A program made the position numbers and the translations under genes. This document shows positions 1 through 9,838 of a DNA stretch of 64,000 nt, piece after piece. Position 1 is the stretch's first letter; the number at the start of each line of letters is the position of its first letter. The notes beneath the pieces were generated by a model. The model was not told where the DNA came from. It ran no database searches and was given only the letters and a program-made list of their open reading frames with translations. Source of the DNA: Spirochaetia bacterium (GTDB taxonomy: Bacteria > Spirochaetota > Spirochaetia > UBA9216); assembly GCA_963675665.1 (NCBI GenBank), contig OY776510.1:5078019-5142018 (forward strand), read 5' to 3'.

Positions 1-1358
1 TTTCTGATATACCATGGTTCTGAAATCGGCAGGGCTCACTATTTCACGCGTTATTGTACCCTCTTTCAGGCCCGGCACAAATTTTTCCGCTTCCGCGACA
101 AGCCGATCAGCCAGCGCTTCCTGCCGGTCTTCCCATTCGCCGTCCTGAAGAAAATTCGGGGCAACGGTATAGACTGTAACGGCATGACAGTTCTCCGGCG
201 CCATTCCGGGGGAATGCATGGACGGAACATAGACAAGAAACCCGGACCGGCCTTCATGGTATTTACCGTTTCTGATTTCATCCACTGCTTTGCCGATTTC
301 ATATGTTCCGTAATAATAACATAATGCGCTTTTCTGTTTCGGGGTATAATTTACTCCCAGATGAACCATAAATACCGATTCCATATGAACCTGGTCGCGG
401 ATTATTTCCCTGTAATCTGCCGTCAAACAATCAGGCCCAAGCAGATCAGACAGCAATTCCTGAGTTCCGCCGGTATAGATTACGATATCGGCTTTTTCCG
501 ATACACCGTTAACAACAACCCCTGCAACGCGGCCGCTTTCCACTTCAACGCGGCTAACCGGAGCAGAGGTGCGTATCCGACCGCCGGCGCTTCGTATACT
601 TTCAATAACCGCCGACACCAGGGTTTCACAGCCGTTACTGATATACCGATATATTGTGCCGCAATCCGAGCTGTTATCGGCATCCAGGCCGCGGGCATCA
701 AAAGCGCTTTCAATATTAAAAAAGGGTACACCGAGCGCCGGGAATTCATCCGGTTTCACCATCAAATCAGCAAGGATGCCGGTAAAAACAGCCCGCAACC
801 CGGGAGAATTAAAAAAATATTTCATCAGCCTGTCGGCGGACCATGATTCATATTTTTTTACGGAAAGATAATTCAAAAGCAATAGAACCCGAGCTATTGA
901 AGAACCGGCCTTTCTTCCGACATTTGAACGGCGATTGATTTTCATAATCCGGCACATTCTGCGGTAAAACCTGTAGTAACGCCTGATTCCGGCTGCCTCG
1001 GCGGGGAATTCATTTATCAGAAAATCTCTCCGCCACAGATCGCCGGTATATATATCCGGCTTCCACAGGCTGAAATCCGGAAACACTATACCGCGATCAG
1101 AAGGGGGCGTCGAAAAAACATCATTAATACCAATCTCGCTGAGAATCCGTGTTCCGCTATCTCCTTTCCCGAACCCGTCAAGAAGAAGAGGCCCCAGGTC
1201 CCAGGAAAAACCGTCTTTGTGCAGTGTTCGCGTAACGCCGCCGGGCTCCGAAAACTGTTCATAAACTACAACCTCATGACCCGCCCTTGCCATATATGCC
1301 GCAGCAGTCAGACCGCTCATTCCGGAACCGATTATTGCAATTTTTTTCTTATCCATTA
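1..1358 (-). CDS. NAD(P)/FAD-dependent oxidoreductase, phytoene-desaturase (CrtI/COG1233)-like; C-terminal end beyond window start
   Basis: Manual reverse-complement translation gives one uninterrupted frame from ATG at 1356-1358 down to base 1. N-terminus MDKKKIAIIGSGMSGLTAAAYMARAGHEVVVYEQ carries a GxGxxG dinucleotide-binding fold. It is absent from the ORF track only because no stop falls inside the window. Plus-strand track ORFs 361-871 lie antisense inside it. Confidence 0.7.
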
Positions 1359-1360
1359 CA

Positions 1361-2794
1361 TTAAATCCCGATTTCTTCAAGTTTTTTCCGGTTTTCTGCA
1401 GCCTTCTCCGGGGTCAGATTATATGAACGGATAAACAGCAAGGTGCTGCCCAGTACAAGTAGAGCAGGTACAAGGGCGGTATGAATCCTTATCCCGACCA
1501 GGACCGCCTGCCATCCTTCCGGATTGGCCGCCTGCTGGGCAGCCAATGTCGGCGCCCCTTCCACAAAACCGGTTGCAACATGGGCAAGAGCAATTACAAG
1601 TGCCTTAAACGCTTCCCCAAACCTTACTATAAAAGACTGGAACCCGTAATATATTGATTGCTCTCGTTTTCCGTTTCGGGCGGCTACATCGTCAAGAACA
1701 TCTCCCATTGTCGGGGGGTCCATAAACCATTGCCCCCCCAGGCTTATTCCAAATAATGCCAGGCATGCTATCCATTGCCACAATTCTGAGGCAAAAAGCA
1801 TCGGAACAAATGAAACTGCCATAACAAACCCGGCAGATACGCTCATTTTTTTATTATTATTTATTCTCTGGGCGACTGCAGACCAGACCGGGGTTGAAAC
1901 CAGGGCGCCGATTAACATTGCTCCCATAAGAAAAATCAGGGAATCATTTTCAGGATCATCGAGTATATAGGTGACAACATAAAGAGCTGAAGCATTAATC
2001 AGCGCAACAGCTGCCTGGTAACCGAAAAAGAAAAAATACTTGGACCTGACGATTCGATCTGACAAAACCTTCTTTGCTACCTGGGAAAACGACTGATGGA
2101 CCTCTTTGGAAACACGCTCGGCCTGAATATACTTTGCTCTCAGTCTTTTATTTTCATAAACTCCCGGCAGAATTAAAATGAAAAAGAGGAGCCCGCCGAA
2201 CATGGTAACAAATGCCGCCTGCCTGTAACTTTCAGGACGATTCTGACTAACAATCATTCCTGTTATAACGAAGGCAAGAACAATTCCCAGAATTCCCAAA
2301 ATTGTTCCCCAGGTCTGCACAGCCCTTCGTTCATTCGGTTTTGAAAATTTAACGGGAAACAGAGACGCGCAATTAATATCAAAAAGAGTAAAAAATGTAT
2401 CAAATATAACAAGCGATACAATATACCAGGCGAAAAGACTGCCTGTATTGCCGTCGGTTCCCCAGTTCAGGGGCACCAGGAAAATGCACAGATATGACAC
2501 CATCCACGGAATTCCGCCAATCAGGATCCAGGGAAATCTTCGAAAATGGCGTTTCTTCTGCCACGGCATTTTCAGCTTTTCCATAAGGTAGCCGATTATG
2601 GGATCGTTTGCGGCATTCCAGATTGCAAAGATCAGAAACGCGGTCAATGCAAGTTCCGAAGGCAATCCTATTACACTTTCATAGTAGAAAAAAGTATACA
2701 AACTGAATGCTGAAGTAAACCATTGAGAAAACATCTCTCGCGAACCAAAACTGGCATGAACCAACCGTGAATTATCATAGCCGTTATTTTTCAA
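1361..2794 (-). CDS. MFS transporter, glycoside-pentoside-hexuronide (GPH/MelB-like) cation symporter
   Basis: 477 aa, about 12 TM helices, GPH-family-like N-terminal region. TTG start preceded by AAGGAGG. Paralog of 16790-18169. Confidence 0.8.
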   Translation of the reverse strand: MKNNGYDNSRLVHASFGSREMFSQWFTSAFSLYTFFYYESVIGLPSELALTAFLIFAIWNAANDPIIGYLMEKLKMPWQKKRHFRRFPWILIGGIPWMVSYLCIFLVPLNWGTDGNTGSLFAWYIVSLVIFDTFFTLFDINCASLFPVKFSKPNERRAVQTWGTILGILGIVLAFVITGMIVSQNRPESYRQAAFVTMFGGLLFFILILPGVYENKRLRAKYIQAERVSKEVHQSFSQVAKKVLSDRIVRSKYFFFFGYQAAVALINASALYVVTYILDDPENDSLIFLMGAMLIGALVSTPVWSAVAQRINNNKKMSVSAGFVMAVSFVPMLFASELWQWIACLALFGISLGGQWFMDPPTMGDVLDDVAARNGKREQSIYYGFQSFIVRFGEAFKALVIALAHVATGFVEGAPTLAAQQAANPEGWQAVLVGIRIHTALVPALLVLGSTLLFIRSYNLTPEKAAENRKKLEEIGI

Positions 2795-2837
2795 TTTCTG
2801 CCTCCTTTTTCCAACCTAATTCCGCTGTCGATCATGC

Positions 2838-3749
2838 TTATAATATAATCGGCTGGGACCACGCTTTTTTACCTTCCGGCGAGACAATTTCCAGCCTTAT
2901 ATATTTTTCATGACCGTCAATTTCATAAACAGCTTCGGTAAGAAGCTGATTCTTCCCGGAATATATCTGCTTTCCAAAACAGGGACCGGTTATAAACGCT
3001 GCGGACACCGAAGGTGAAAACCCGGCAACGATCATTCCTCTTTTATTTTCCCCGTATGATTTTTCCGGATTACCTGGTTCTTCAATCCTGAAATCAAAAA
3101 TCTCGGGACCCTGGGTTGAATAAAACATACCCTGCTTCAAAGACTGCATAATACCTGCAATAGTCAGGTTACGGCTTTTCACCATAATCCATCCGGCATA
3201 CCTGTCGTCCATGTAATGAGAATCATCACATGCAATACCTAGTACCGGGCCGGCCCTGTCGAGAAGATCATCCCAATGCGATTCTGAAAAAGCCCTGCCC
3301 ATTTTATCGCAGGCTGTATTAAAGACTTCCATTGCAAAGTAACCTTTCAGCGGCAGTAAATCCGTAACGGTATGCCCAGACCAGTACGGATGCGCAAGAA
3401 CCGAAAGACCGCCCTGCCCGGCGACCTCTTTCATTATTTCATTAGGATGTCTTTCTTGTACAGGAATTTTTTTATGAATATTTATAGCAACAATATGATA
3501 AAGGGTTCCTCCGTACGGATTATCAGGATGCAGTTCACTGCCGGGAATTACCAGAAAGTCTTCATCTGAATATCCCGAAACAGTACTCACCTCATGGTGG
3601 TCCGTTATTACCACAAAATCATATTTATGCTGTTTATAAGCTTCAACACAGTCTGATATCGAAAAAGAGCCGTCTGATACGGTACTGTGAATGTGAGTAT
3701 TTCCGCGATACCATTTTCCGTCTTCTTTGAAAGGATTATTATATTTCAT
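2838..3749 (-). CDS. PHP-domain metal-dependent phosphoesterase
   Basis: N-terminal GNTHIHSTVSDG and later ITDHH / LAHPYW histidine clusters are typical of the PHP fold. Confidence 0.7.
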   Translation of the reverse strand: MKYNNPFKEDGKWYRGNTHIHSTVSDGSFSISDCVEAYKQHKYDFVVITDHHEVSTVSGYSDEDFLVIPGSELHPDNPYGGTLYHIVAINIHKKIPVQERHPNEIMKEVAGQGGLSVLAHPYWSGHTVTDLLPLKGYFAMEVFNTACDKMGRAFSESHWDDLLDRAGPVLGIACDDSHYMDDRYAGWIMVKSRNLTIAGIMQSLKQGMFYSTQGPEIFDFRIEEPGNPEKSYGENKRGMIVAGFSPSVSAAFITGPCFGKQIYSGKNQLLTEAVYEIDGHEKYIRLEIVSPEGKKAWSQPIIL

Positions 3750-3761
3750 TGTATTTTAAAA

Positions 3762-4586
3762 TTACTCCTTGATTGCGCCCATGGTTAAACCGCGCACCAG
3801 ATATTTCTGTGTAAATGCGATGAAAACTATAGGCGGTATAATCGAGAAAACGGCGATACTGGACAGTCTTCCCCAGTCCAGCTCAAAAACACCAAGCGAA
3901 TTATAGAGTTCTATAGGCAGTGTCCTGATTTTTTCACCTGTAATGAAAACTGCAAATAAAAACTCATTCCACAACCCGATAAAAGCAAGACTGGATGCAG
4001 CAAATATTCCGGGCAGCACCATCGGGATAACAACATATCGTAATATCTGAAGCCTTGTACAGCCGTCCAGTTGGGCCGACTCTTCAACCGAAACCGGAAC
4101 ATCCTGAAAAAAACTGATCATCATCCATGTTATCAGCGGTAAAGCAACAACGACATACATTACAATGAGCGACAGGTAGGTATCCAGCTTATCCAGTTTG
4201 TACCATATGATAAAATAAGGAATTACCAGCGATATCGGCGGTACTATTCTCAACCATAGCGTAGACTGGGACAGAACCTTCAGCCACCTGTTCTTAAACC
4301 TCGAGATTATATAACCGGTACAGACTCCCAGGCAGGTAGAAATTATTGTGGCGCTTACGCCAATTATCACACTGTTTTTTGTTGCTTTCAGAACTTCACG
4401 ATTAGTAAACTGAACGATATAATTCTTCAATGTCGGCGAAAATAACCACTTCGGCGGCATCGCAATAGCATCAACATGGGTTTTAAATGAAGTAAAAAAC
4501 ACCAAAACAAATGGGAACAATGCAATGCAGACCATTAAAAAAATAAAAACATATTTGGCAGCTTTAATTAAGTTATATTTATTCAT
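3762..4586 (-). CDS. carbohydrate ABC transporter permease (MalG-like)
   Basis: 274 aa, 6 TM, EAA-like loop (ESAQLDGCTRLQI). Paralog of 13356-14180. Confidence 0.85.
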   Translation of the reverse strand: MNKYNLIKAAKYVFIFLMVCIALFPFVLVFFTSFKTHVDAIAMPPKWLFSPTLKNYIVQFTNREVLKATKNSVIIGVSATIISTCLGVCTGYIISRFKNRWLKVLSQSTLWLRIVPPISLVIPYFIIWYKLDKLDTYLSLIVMYVVVALPLITWMMISFFQDVPVSVEESAQLDGCTRLQILRYVVIPMVLPGIFAASSLAFIGLWNEFLFAVFITGEKIRTLPIELYNSLGVFELDWGRLSSIAVFSIIPPIVFIAFTQKYLVRGLTMGAIKE

Positions 4587-4599
4587 TTTATATTTCCTT

Positions 4600-5496
4600 T
4601 TACTCCGCGCCGAATTTGCTGTATTTAAGCAATGTGTTTATTAATACCATCACTAAGACGAAGAACATAAATGTAGAAGCGGAACTGTATCCTGTATGAT
4701 AATAATTAAATGACTGCGCAGTTGCATACATTGAAATGTTTTCCGTGGTACTGCCCGGCCCTCCCTGCGTCAGGATATAAATTTCATCAAATATTTTAAT
4801 AACCGACATAAACCTGAAAATGCAGGCTACAACTATAACCGCCTTGATATTCGGTATTATCACCTGAAAAATTCTTTGTATAAAATTAACCCCGTCTATT
4901 TCTGCAGCCTCAAGGATGGAAACTGGAATAGCCGTTATTCCGGCATATAAAATAAGCATGATGAACGGCGTTCTTACTATAACTTCCAGTACCATAATCG
5001 CAATGATAGCGTTAAACCTGCCTTCAAACAGAATGAATGGAGGAAGTTTCAACAGTTCCAGAAAATAATTAAGATAACCGGCATAAGGGTGATAAATAAG
5101 ATTCTTGAAAGTAAAAGCTACAACAACCGGGGCAATAATAAACGGAATCATTAATAAGGTCCTGACTACCGATGAATATTTTGATGAAAAGTCCTTACCC
5201 GCAAGAATATATGCATAAATAAACCCCAGGATCAGTTCAAGCCCGACGGCAACAATACCAAAAATAATTGTAAACGCTATTGAATATAAAAATCTGGTAT
5301 CAGAAAACAGATGAAAATAATTTTTCAGCCCGATAAAATTTGTTTCTTTCTGGATCAGGCTGAAATCCGTCAGCGAAACAATGAATGAATATAAAACCGG
5401 AACAAATCCTATAACCAGGATAATTATTCCGATTGAGATCGTAAATGTGTTTGCAAATTTTTTATCGTCTTTTTTTACTTCATTCCAGGTAGACAT
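4600..5496 (-). CDS. carbohydrate ABC transporter permease (MalF-like)
   Basis: 6 TM permease with EAAEIDGV motif. Start moved to the internal ATG (MSTWNEV...), which is preceded by AGGAG. Paralog of 14194-15087. Confidence 0.8.
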   Translation of the reverse strand: MSTWNEVKKDDKKFANTFTISIGIIILVIGFVPVLYSFIVSLTDFSLIQKETNFIGLKNYFHLFSDTRFLYSIAFTIIFGIVAVGLELILGFIYAYILAGKDFSSKYSSVVRTLLMIPFIIAPVVVAFTFKNLIYHPYAGYLNYFLELLKLPPFILFEGRFNAIIAIMVLEVIVRTPFIMLILYAGITAIPVSILEAAEIDGVNFIQRIFQVIIPNIKAVIVVACIFRFMSVIKIFDEIYILTQGGPGSTTENISMYATAQSFNYYHTGYSSASTFMFFVLVMVLINTLLKYSKFGAE

Positions 5497-5593
5497 AAAA
5501 GAACTCCTACATTTGTACACTTCACCTCGGAAATAACAGGACAAAACAGCAGGTCAAAGCGTCCATAATACTTAATTCGCGCTTCATTTAAAT

Positions 5594-5615
5594 GGAGGGG
5601 AGTTATCTCCCCTCC
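5594..5615 (-). terminator. intra-operon stem-loop between the SBP and permease genes (possible attenuator)
   Basis: GGAGGGGAG-ttat-CTCCCCTCC perfect 9-bp stem. The downstream U-tract is weak (AUUUAAAU). Confidence 0.35.
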
Positions 5616-5641
5616 ATCAAACGGAATTTTAAAATCATTTT

Positions 5642-7033
5642 TTATTTCACTGCAGATTTGACACCCAGTGCGGCAAGATATTTATCCGCGTCGGCGCAGG
5701 CTTCTTTTACAGTTTTAATACCGGAAACAACATTGTTCATCTCTTTGGATATGATATCGGCAATTTCAGCATATTTTACATTTGCTATTTGAGGAGACGG
5801 ATTAATACCGTTATTCATCATCCAAAGCTGGCTGTCAATGAATTCCTGGCTGGGCATCGCAGCTAAATACTCCGGCGTTTTATATGAAGTCTCCCTTCCG
5901 GGGGCCCCAAAAATTGCGCCGAATGCTTCATCGACGTTGGGAGAAGTCAGATACTCAATCAATAACCATGCAGCTTCTTTCTTTTTTGAGTCCTTATTAA
6001 TACACCACCCCCATTCCCACAGGGGATCCTGTCCGCCGTCTTTCATTACGGTAGGAGTATAACCTACACGGCCGGCAACTGTTGACTTGGTTTCATCTTC
6101 CGCTGTTCTCCAGGATGTGTTTCCGGCGATTGCCATGGCAAGAAGTCCATGATTAAAAGCTTCCGATATATCAGGCCATGACCAGTTTGCTGATCCCGGA
6201 GGCGCATATTCTTTCAGCCAGCCGGTGTAGAACTCCATGAATTCAATCCCTTTTGGTGTCTGGAGGTTGCTGACCATATTATCGAAGTCTACCAAATCCA
6301 GCCCGTAACGGCTTGCAGAACAGAACATACTCCATCCGCCTTCGCTTGAACCGGGCAATGCCCTGTCTACATAAGCGTACGAATTTATTTTTCCGTCCAG
6401 TCTGGCCTGATTAACTGCTTCTGTGACCTTTTCATATTCTTCCCATGTTTTCGGAGGCGACAAATCAAGCAATTCAAAAACATCTTTCAAATAATAGATT
6501 AGATAATATTGTGCAGTCCACGGGATATATACCAGTTCTCCTGATTTCGCTCTGCCCGCATTCAGAACATCTTTGGAAAAGCCGTCAAGCTTATACCATT
6601 CCAGATCTGTTAATTCAGGATTATTCAGATACGGTTCAAGCGGTTCCAGGTACCCGGGCACTGCAAACTCTTCACGGTTGGAAATCCCGATAGCGGCGAC
6701 ATCATAATCCCCCCTGCCGGTTGCGAAATCAGCAAGCTGAAGCCTCTTTCTTTCCGAATCTACAATTTGAATAAAATGCACTTTTATTCCCGTCAGTTTT
6801 TCAAAATCTGCAAGCGGGGCCTTGAAATTATCTGTTGTGCTTGAAGCATAACTCAGTAAATTCAATTCCGTTCCGGCGCAACGGGTCCAGTCGATATTTC
6901 CCCAGTCGCCGGGCAACCCTTCTATTACTATTTCTTCCGCAGATTCACCCTGACCGCCTGCGAAGGATAAAACAGGAGTAAAAAGCAGAACAATAGTAAT
7001 TATAAGAAAACCTGTAAAACAGTTCCTTTTCAT
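5642..7033 (-). CDS. ABC transporter extracellular solute-binding protein (family 1, sugar)
   Basis: 463 aa with signal peptide. Shares blocks (GDWGxIDW, PPGSxNWSWP, WxWGW) with the SBP at 15136-16500. Confidence 0.85.
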   Translation of the reverse strand: MKRNCFTGFLIITIVLLFTPVLSFAGGQGESAEEIVIEGLPGDWGNIDWTRCAGTELNLLSYASSTTDNFKAPLADFEKLTGIKVHFIQIVDSERKRLQLADFATGRGDYDVAAIGISNREEFAVPGYLEPLEPYLNNPELTDLEWYKLDGFSKDVLNAGRAKSGELVYIPWTAQYYLIYYLKDVFELLDLSPPKTWEEYEKVTEAVNQARLDGKINSYAYVDRALPGSSEGGWSMFCSASRYGLDLVDFDNMVSNLQTPKGIEFMEFYTGWLKEYAPPGSANWSWPDISEAFNHGLLAMAIAGNTSWRTAEDETKSTVAGRVGYTPTVMKDGGQDPLWEWGWCINKDSKKKEAAWLLIEYLTSPNVDEAFGAIFGAPGRETSYKTPEYLAAMPSQEFIDSQLWMMNNGINPSPQIANVKYAEIADIISKEMNNVVSGIKTVKEACADADKYLAALGVKSAVK

Positions 7034-7154
7034 AAATAATCTCCTTATTTTTATTAAACGCTGATTAAAAAATTAACCTCCTTTTTCTATTGTTTATGCT
7101 TAAACATTAAATCTCATCAGTCATTCTGAATGTATTTTGATGTTTAACCTTATC

Positions 7155-7177
7155 TACACGTGTAGCTACTCGTGACC
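7155..7177. promoter_or_regulatory. candidate operator: 10-bp perfect palindrome TACACGTGTA with GCTACTCGTG extension, in the divergent promoter region
   Basis: TACACGTGTA is its own reverse complement. The same motif recurs at 16652-16685 and 18836-18858, each time just downstream of a -35/-10 pair. Confidence 0.6.
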
Positions 7178-7187
7178 ATAGAAGGAA

Positions 7188-7216
7188 GTATAAGCTCTTG
7201 ATATAAAATTTGTCAA
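7188..7216 (-). promoter_or_regulatory. sigma70-like promoter of the SBP-permease-PHP-MFS operon
   Basis: Minus strand reads TTGACA, 17 nt, TTATAC. The operator lies about 15 nt downstream of the -10. Confidence 0.45.
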
Positions 7217-7226
7217 GCTTTTTGTG

Positions 7227-7255
7227 TTGACAAATATTCATTTTTTTTATTATAT
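7227..7255 (+). promoter_or_regulatory. sigma70-like promoter of the DMT / XRE-cupin genes
   Basis: TTGACA, 17 nt, TTATAT about 20 nt before the RBS GAAGGGGG and ATG at 7278. Its -35 sits back-to-back with the opposing -35, forming the inverted repeat TTGTCAA-N10-TTGACAA. Confidence 0.45.
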
Positions 7256-7277
7256 ATAACTACCGAAGGGGGCCGCT

Positions 7278-8159
7278 ATGCTCGCAATCGCATTTGCTGT
7301 TATCAGTATGACCTGCGCGGCAATGAACGATTTCATTTTTAAAATATATTCAGGGAAAAAGAAATCAATCGGACTTTACATGATTGTAATCGGTATTGTG
7401 TGGACATTTTTTTTCTTTTTCAGGTGCGGGGCTTATAAAACATTTCCCGCCTTGCTTTCCAGGGAACTGGTAACCTGGGGCGTTGTTTCGGGAATATTCT
7501 CCGCGGCCGCCAATATTATGCTGATAGAGGGCATGTCAAGAAATGATGTGGGCATATGCTCCGTTATATACAGACTGAATCTTGCTCCTGCAGCTTTGAT
7601 GGCATTTATTATTCTAAGCGAAGAGATAACATTGGTTAAACTGGTCGGCATCACTCTTGCAATCGGGGCAACCCTGTTGTTTTTCAATCCGGCAAAAACC
7701 CGGGACGTCAATAAAAAATATCCGGATATCCCCGGCCTGTGGATTGTTGTTTCTGCAGCAATTCTCCGCGCAGGGATGGGGATAATATATAAATTCGCAT
7801 TAGTTCCGTCAGTGGATACCAACGCCTTTCTGGTAATGGGCGGACTGGTCTGGATTATTTCCGGAGTTATATATCATTATGCAAAACCCCAGGGGGCTTT
7901 TGATAAAAGAATGCTTTTTACAATAATTCCTTTCGGTTTGGTTTCAGGGCTCTTTATCTGTGGTATAGTATTATTCACAGCACTGGCCCTGAAAGCCGGT
8001 CAGGCAAGCACGGTCTTGCCGGTAGCCCAAATGAGTTTTATAGTTACAGCAGCGGCAGGAGTCATTTTTCTTGGCGAATCATTCGGGAAACGACAGGCAA
8101 TCGGATTAGCCATGGGAATTTTGTGTATTGTTTTTATGGGTTTGGAGCATACTGGATGA
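7278..8159 (+). CDS. DMT-superfamily (EamA-like) transporter
   Basis: 293 aa, 10 TM, two EamA-like halves. Confidence 0.75.
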   Translation: MLAIAFAVISMTCAAMNDFIFKIYSGKKKSIGLYMIVIGIVWTFFFFFRCGAYKTFPALLSRELVTWGVVSGIFSAAANIMLIEGMSRNDVGICSVIYRLNLAPAALMAFIILSEEITLVKLVGITLAIGATLLFFNPAKTRDVNKKYPDIPGLWIVVSAAILRAGMGIIYKFALVPSVDTNAFLVMGGLVWIISGVIYHYAKPQGAFDKRMLFTIIPFGLVSGLFICGIVLFTALALKAGQASTVLPVAQMSFIVTAAAGVIFLGESFGKRQAIGLAMGILCIVFMGLEHTG

Positions 8160-8749
8160 AGCGCACAGCTAATAATGAACTTATCGAAATCGGAATGAGG
8201 ATTAAAGAAATACGGACCAGGCGCAACCTTACGCTTGCGGAGACCTCAAAACGGGCCGGACTATCAGCCGGTTTGTTGTCAAAAATAGAAAATTTCAGGA
8301 CACTTCCGTCGTTACCGGTTCTGACTTCAATAGCAAGAGCGCTTGAGACGGATATGGCGGACATTGTCAGGGGAATCGGACATGAAACAAAGGAAACTTC
8401 CTATATCCTTACAAAAGCCGGAGAACGGGAACGTATAAACCGTGACAATGCTGTCGGTTTTTCTTATGAATCATTGGGCTCAAGATATGAGAGCGATAAT
8501 ATAATTGAAGCCTTTACTCTTACAATAACTCCCGAAAGCAAACGTCAGGCTGTTACCACAGACGGAGAACAATTTCTGTTTTTACTCAAAGGAGAAATTG
8601 ATTTTGAATATGGACGTGAGACAATACATATCGGCGAAGGAGACGCTTTGTTCTTCGACGGAAGAATTCCCCATCGGCCATTTTGCAGAAAGGGAAAAGA
8701 AGCGGTCCTCCTTGCACTGTATATTTTAAATAATAAAACTGATCAATAA
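8156..8749 (+). CDS. XRE-family HTH transcriptional regulator with C-terminal cupin domain
   Basis: HTH segment LTLAETSKRAGLSAGLLSKIE followed by a cupin-like C-terminal half. ATG overlaps the DMT stop (ATGA), which suggests translational coupling. Confidence 0.75.
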   Translation: MKRTANNELIEIGMRIKEIRTRRNLTLAETSKRAGLSAGLLSKIENFRTLPSLPVLTSIARALETDMADIVRGIGHETKETSYILTKAGERERINRDNAVGFSYESLGSRYESDNIIEAFTLTITPESKRQAVTTDGEQFLFLLKGEIDFEYGRETIHIGEGDALFFDGRIPHRPFCRKGKEAVLLALYILNNKTDQ

Positions 8750-8766
8750 TATACAGCTATAAATTA

Positions 8767-9792
8767 TTACAAACATTCATAGGTAATAATATCAGGTTCA
8801 ACATAATATTTTTCATTCACAGGTTTAATTTTTCTGAAAACAAATTTGAACAACAACTGAATTGCCATGGAACCCTGTCTCAAAGGGTTATGACATATGG
8901 AAAATTTCACAATTCCCTCTTCCATCAGTTTGATAACCGATGGAGACAATTCATGGCTTATTACCTGAACCTGAGAGTGCATTTCACTGCTCTTCAAGGC
9001 TTTGCCAAGGCCTTCGGCTCCGGTGCCTGTTATATATATCCCTTTTAAATCAGGGTATTTTTTACAAATTTCAGAAACAAGTTTAAAAGAAAGCAAATCC
9101 TGCCCCAGGTTCTCTGCTGATTCAACAACTGTAATTGATGAGCCGGAACTCCTTAACCTGCGAAAAAACCCCTCTTCCCTGTACTTTTGGCAGATAAATT
9201 CAGAAAAATCGGATATTATCGCAACCTTACTGTTCCGGGGAAGAATCAAATCAAACAAACCCGATGAAATTTCACCTGCCTTGCTGTCATCCTGTCCGAC
9301 ATGGCAGATCCGTCTGATGTTATCAAGGTCCTGGTAAAATGTTATAACCGGGATCCCGTTGGCCATTAATTCATTCAGTTTTTCTGCAACAGACTTTTCG
9401 AATACCTGAGCAATTGCAATGCCGTCGATACCCTGCTTTAACAAACAGTCAAGCTGTTTAAGTTGTTCAGAAGCATTAGAGGCAGTAGTAACTTCAATAT
9501 TGAGTTCAATACCCCATGCACGCAGTTCTTCCACCTGAATAAAAACTTCTCTGCGAACTTCCTCAATCGAAGTTTGAATATTCGGCGAGATCATAACACC
9601 GAAAAACAGATTCCTTTTCCGGCAGACAAGAGCCTGCCCTGCAACATTCGGCGTATAGTCCAGGGCCTTAATAATATTATTAACCCGTAAACGTACATCT
9701 TTGTTTACACCCGGCCTGTTATGAAGTACACGGTCAACAGTTCCGCGAGAGACTTCTGCTATTTCGGCAATTTCCTCCTGGGTAATCCTCAT
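8767..9792 (-). CDS. LacI-family transcriptional regulator
   Basis: N-terminal HTH (ITQEEIAEIAEVSRGTVDRVLHN) plus a periplasmic-binding-protein-like sugar-binding core. Confidence 0.85.
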   Translation of the reverse strand: MRITQEEIAEIAEVSRGTVDRVLHNRPGVNKDVRLRVNNIIKALDYTPNVAGQALVCRKRNLFFGVMISPNIQTSIEEVRREVFIQVEELRAWGIELNIEVTTASNASEQLKQLDCLLKQGIDGIAIAQVFEKSVAEKLNELMANGIPVITFYQDLDNIRRICHVGQDDSKAGEISSGLFDLILPRNSKVAIISDFSEFICQKYREEGFFRRLRSSGSSITVVESAENLGQDLLSFKLVSEICKKYPDLKGIYITGTGAEGLGKALKSSEMHSQVQVISHELSPSVIKLMEEGIVKFSICHNPLRQGSMAIQLLFKFVFRKIKPVNEKYYVEPDIITYECL

Positions 9793-9838
9793 AACCAATC
9801 CAAAACCATTTTATACGGCCTGTTGCTGAAGTTCATCG

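Noticed and set aside
361-871. Plus-strand track ORFs (161 aa, 100 aa) and minus-strand ORF 480-749
   Set aside because: They lie antisense or out of frame inside the continuous minus-strand CrtI-like reading frame (1-1358). That frame has a convincing GxGxxG N-terminus; the plus-strand ORFs have none.
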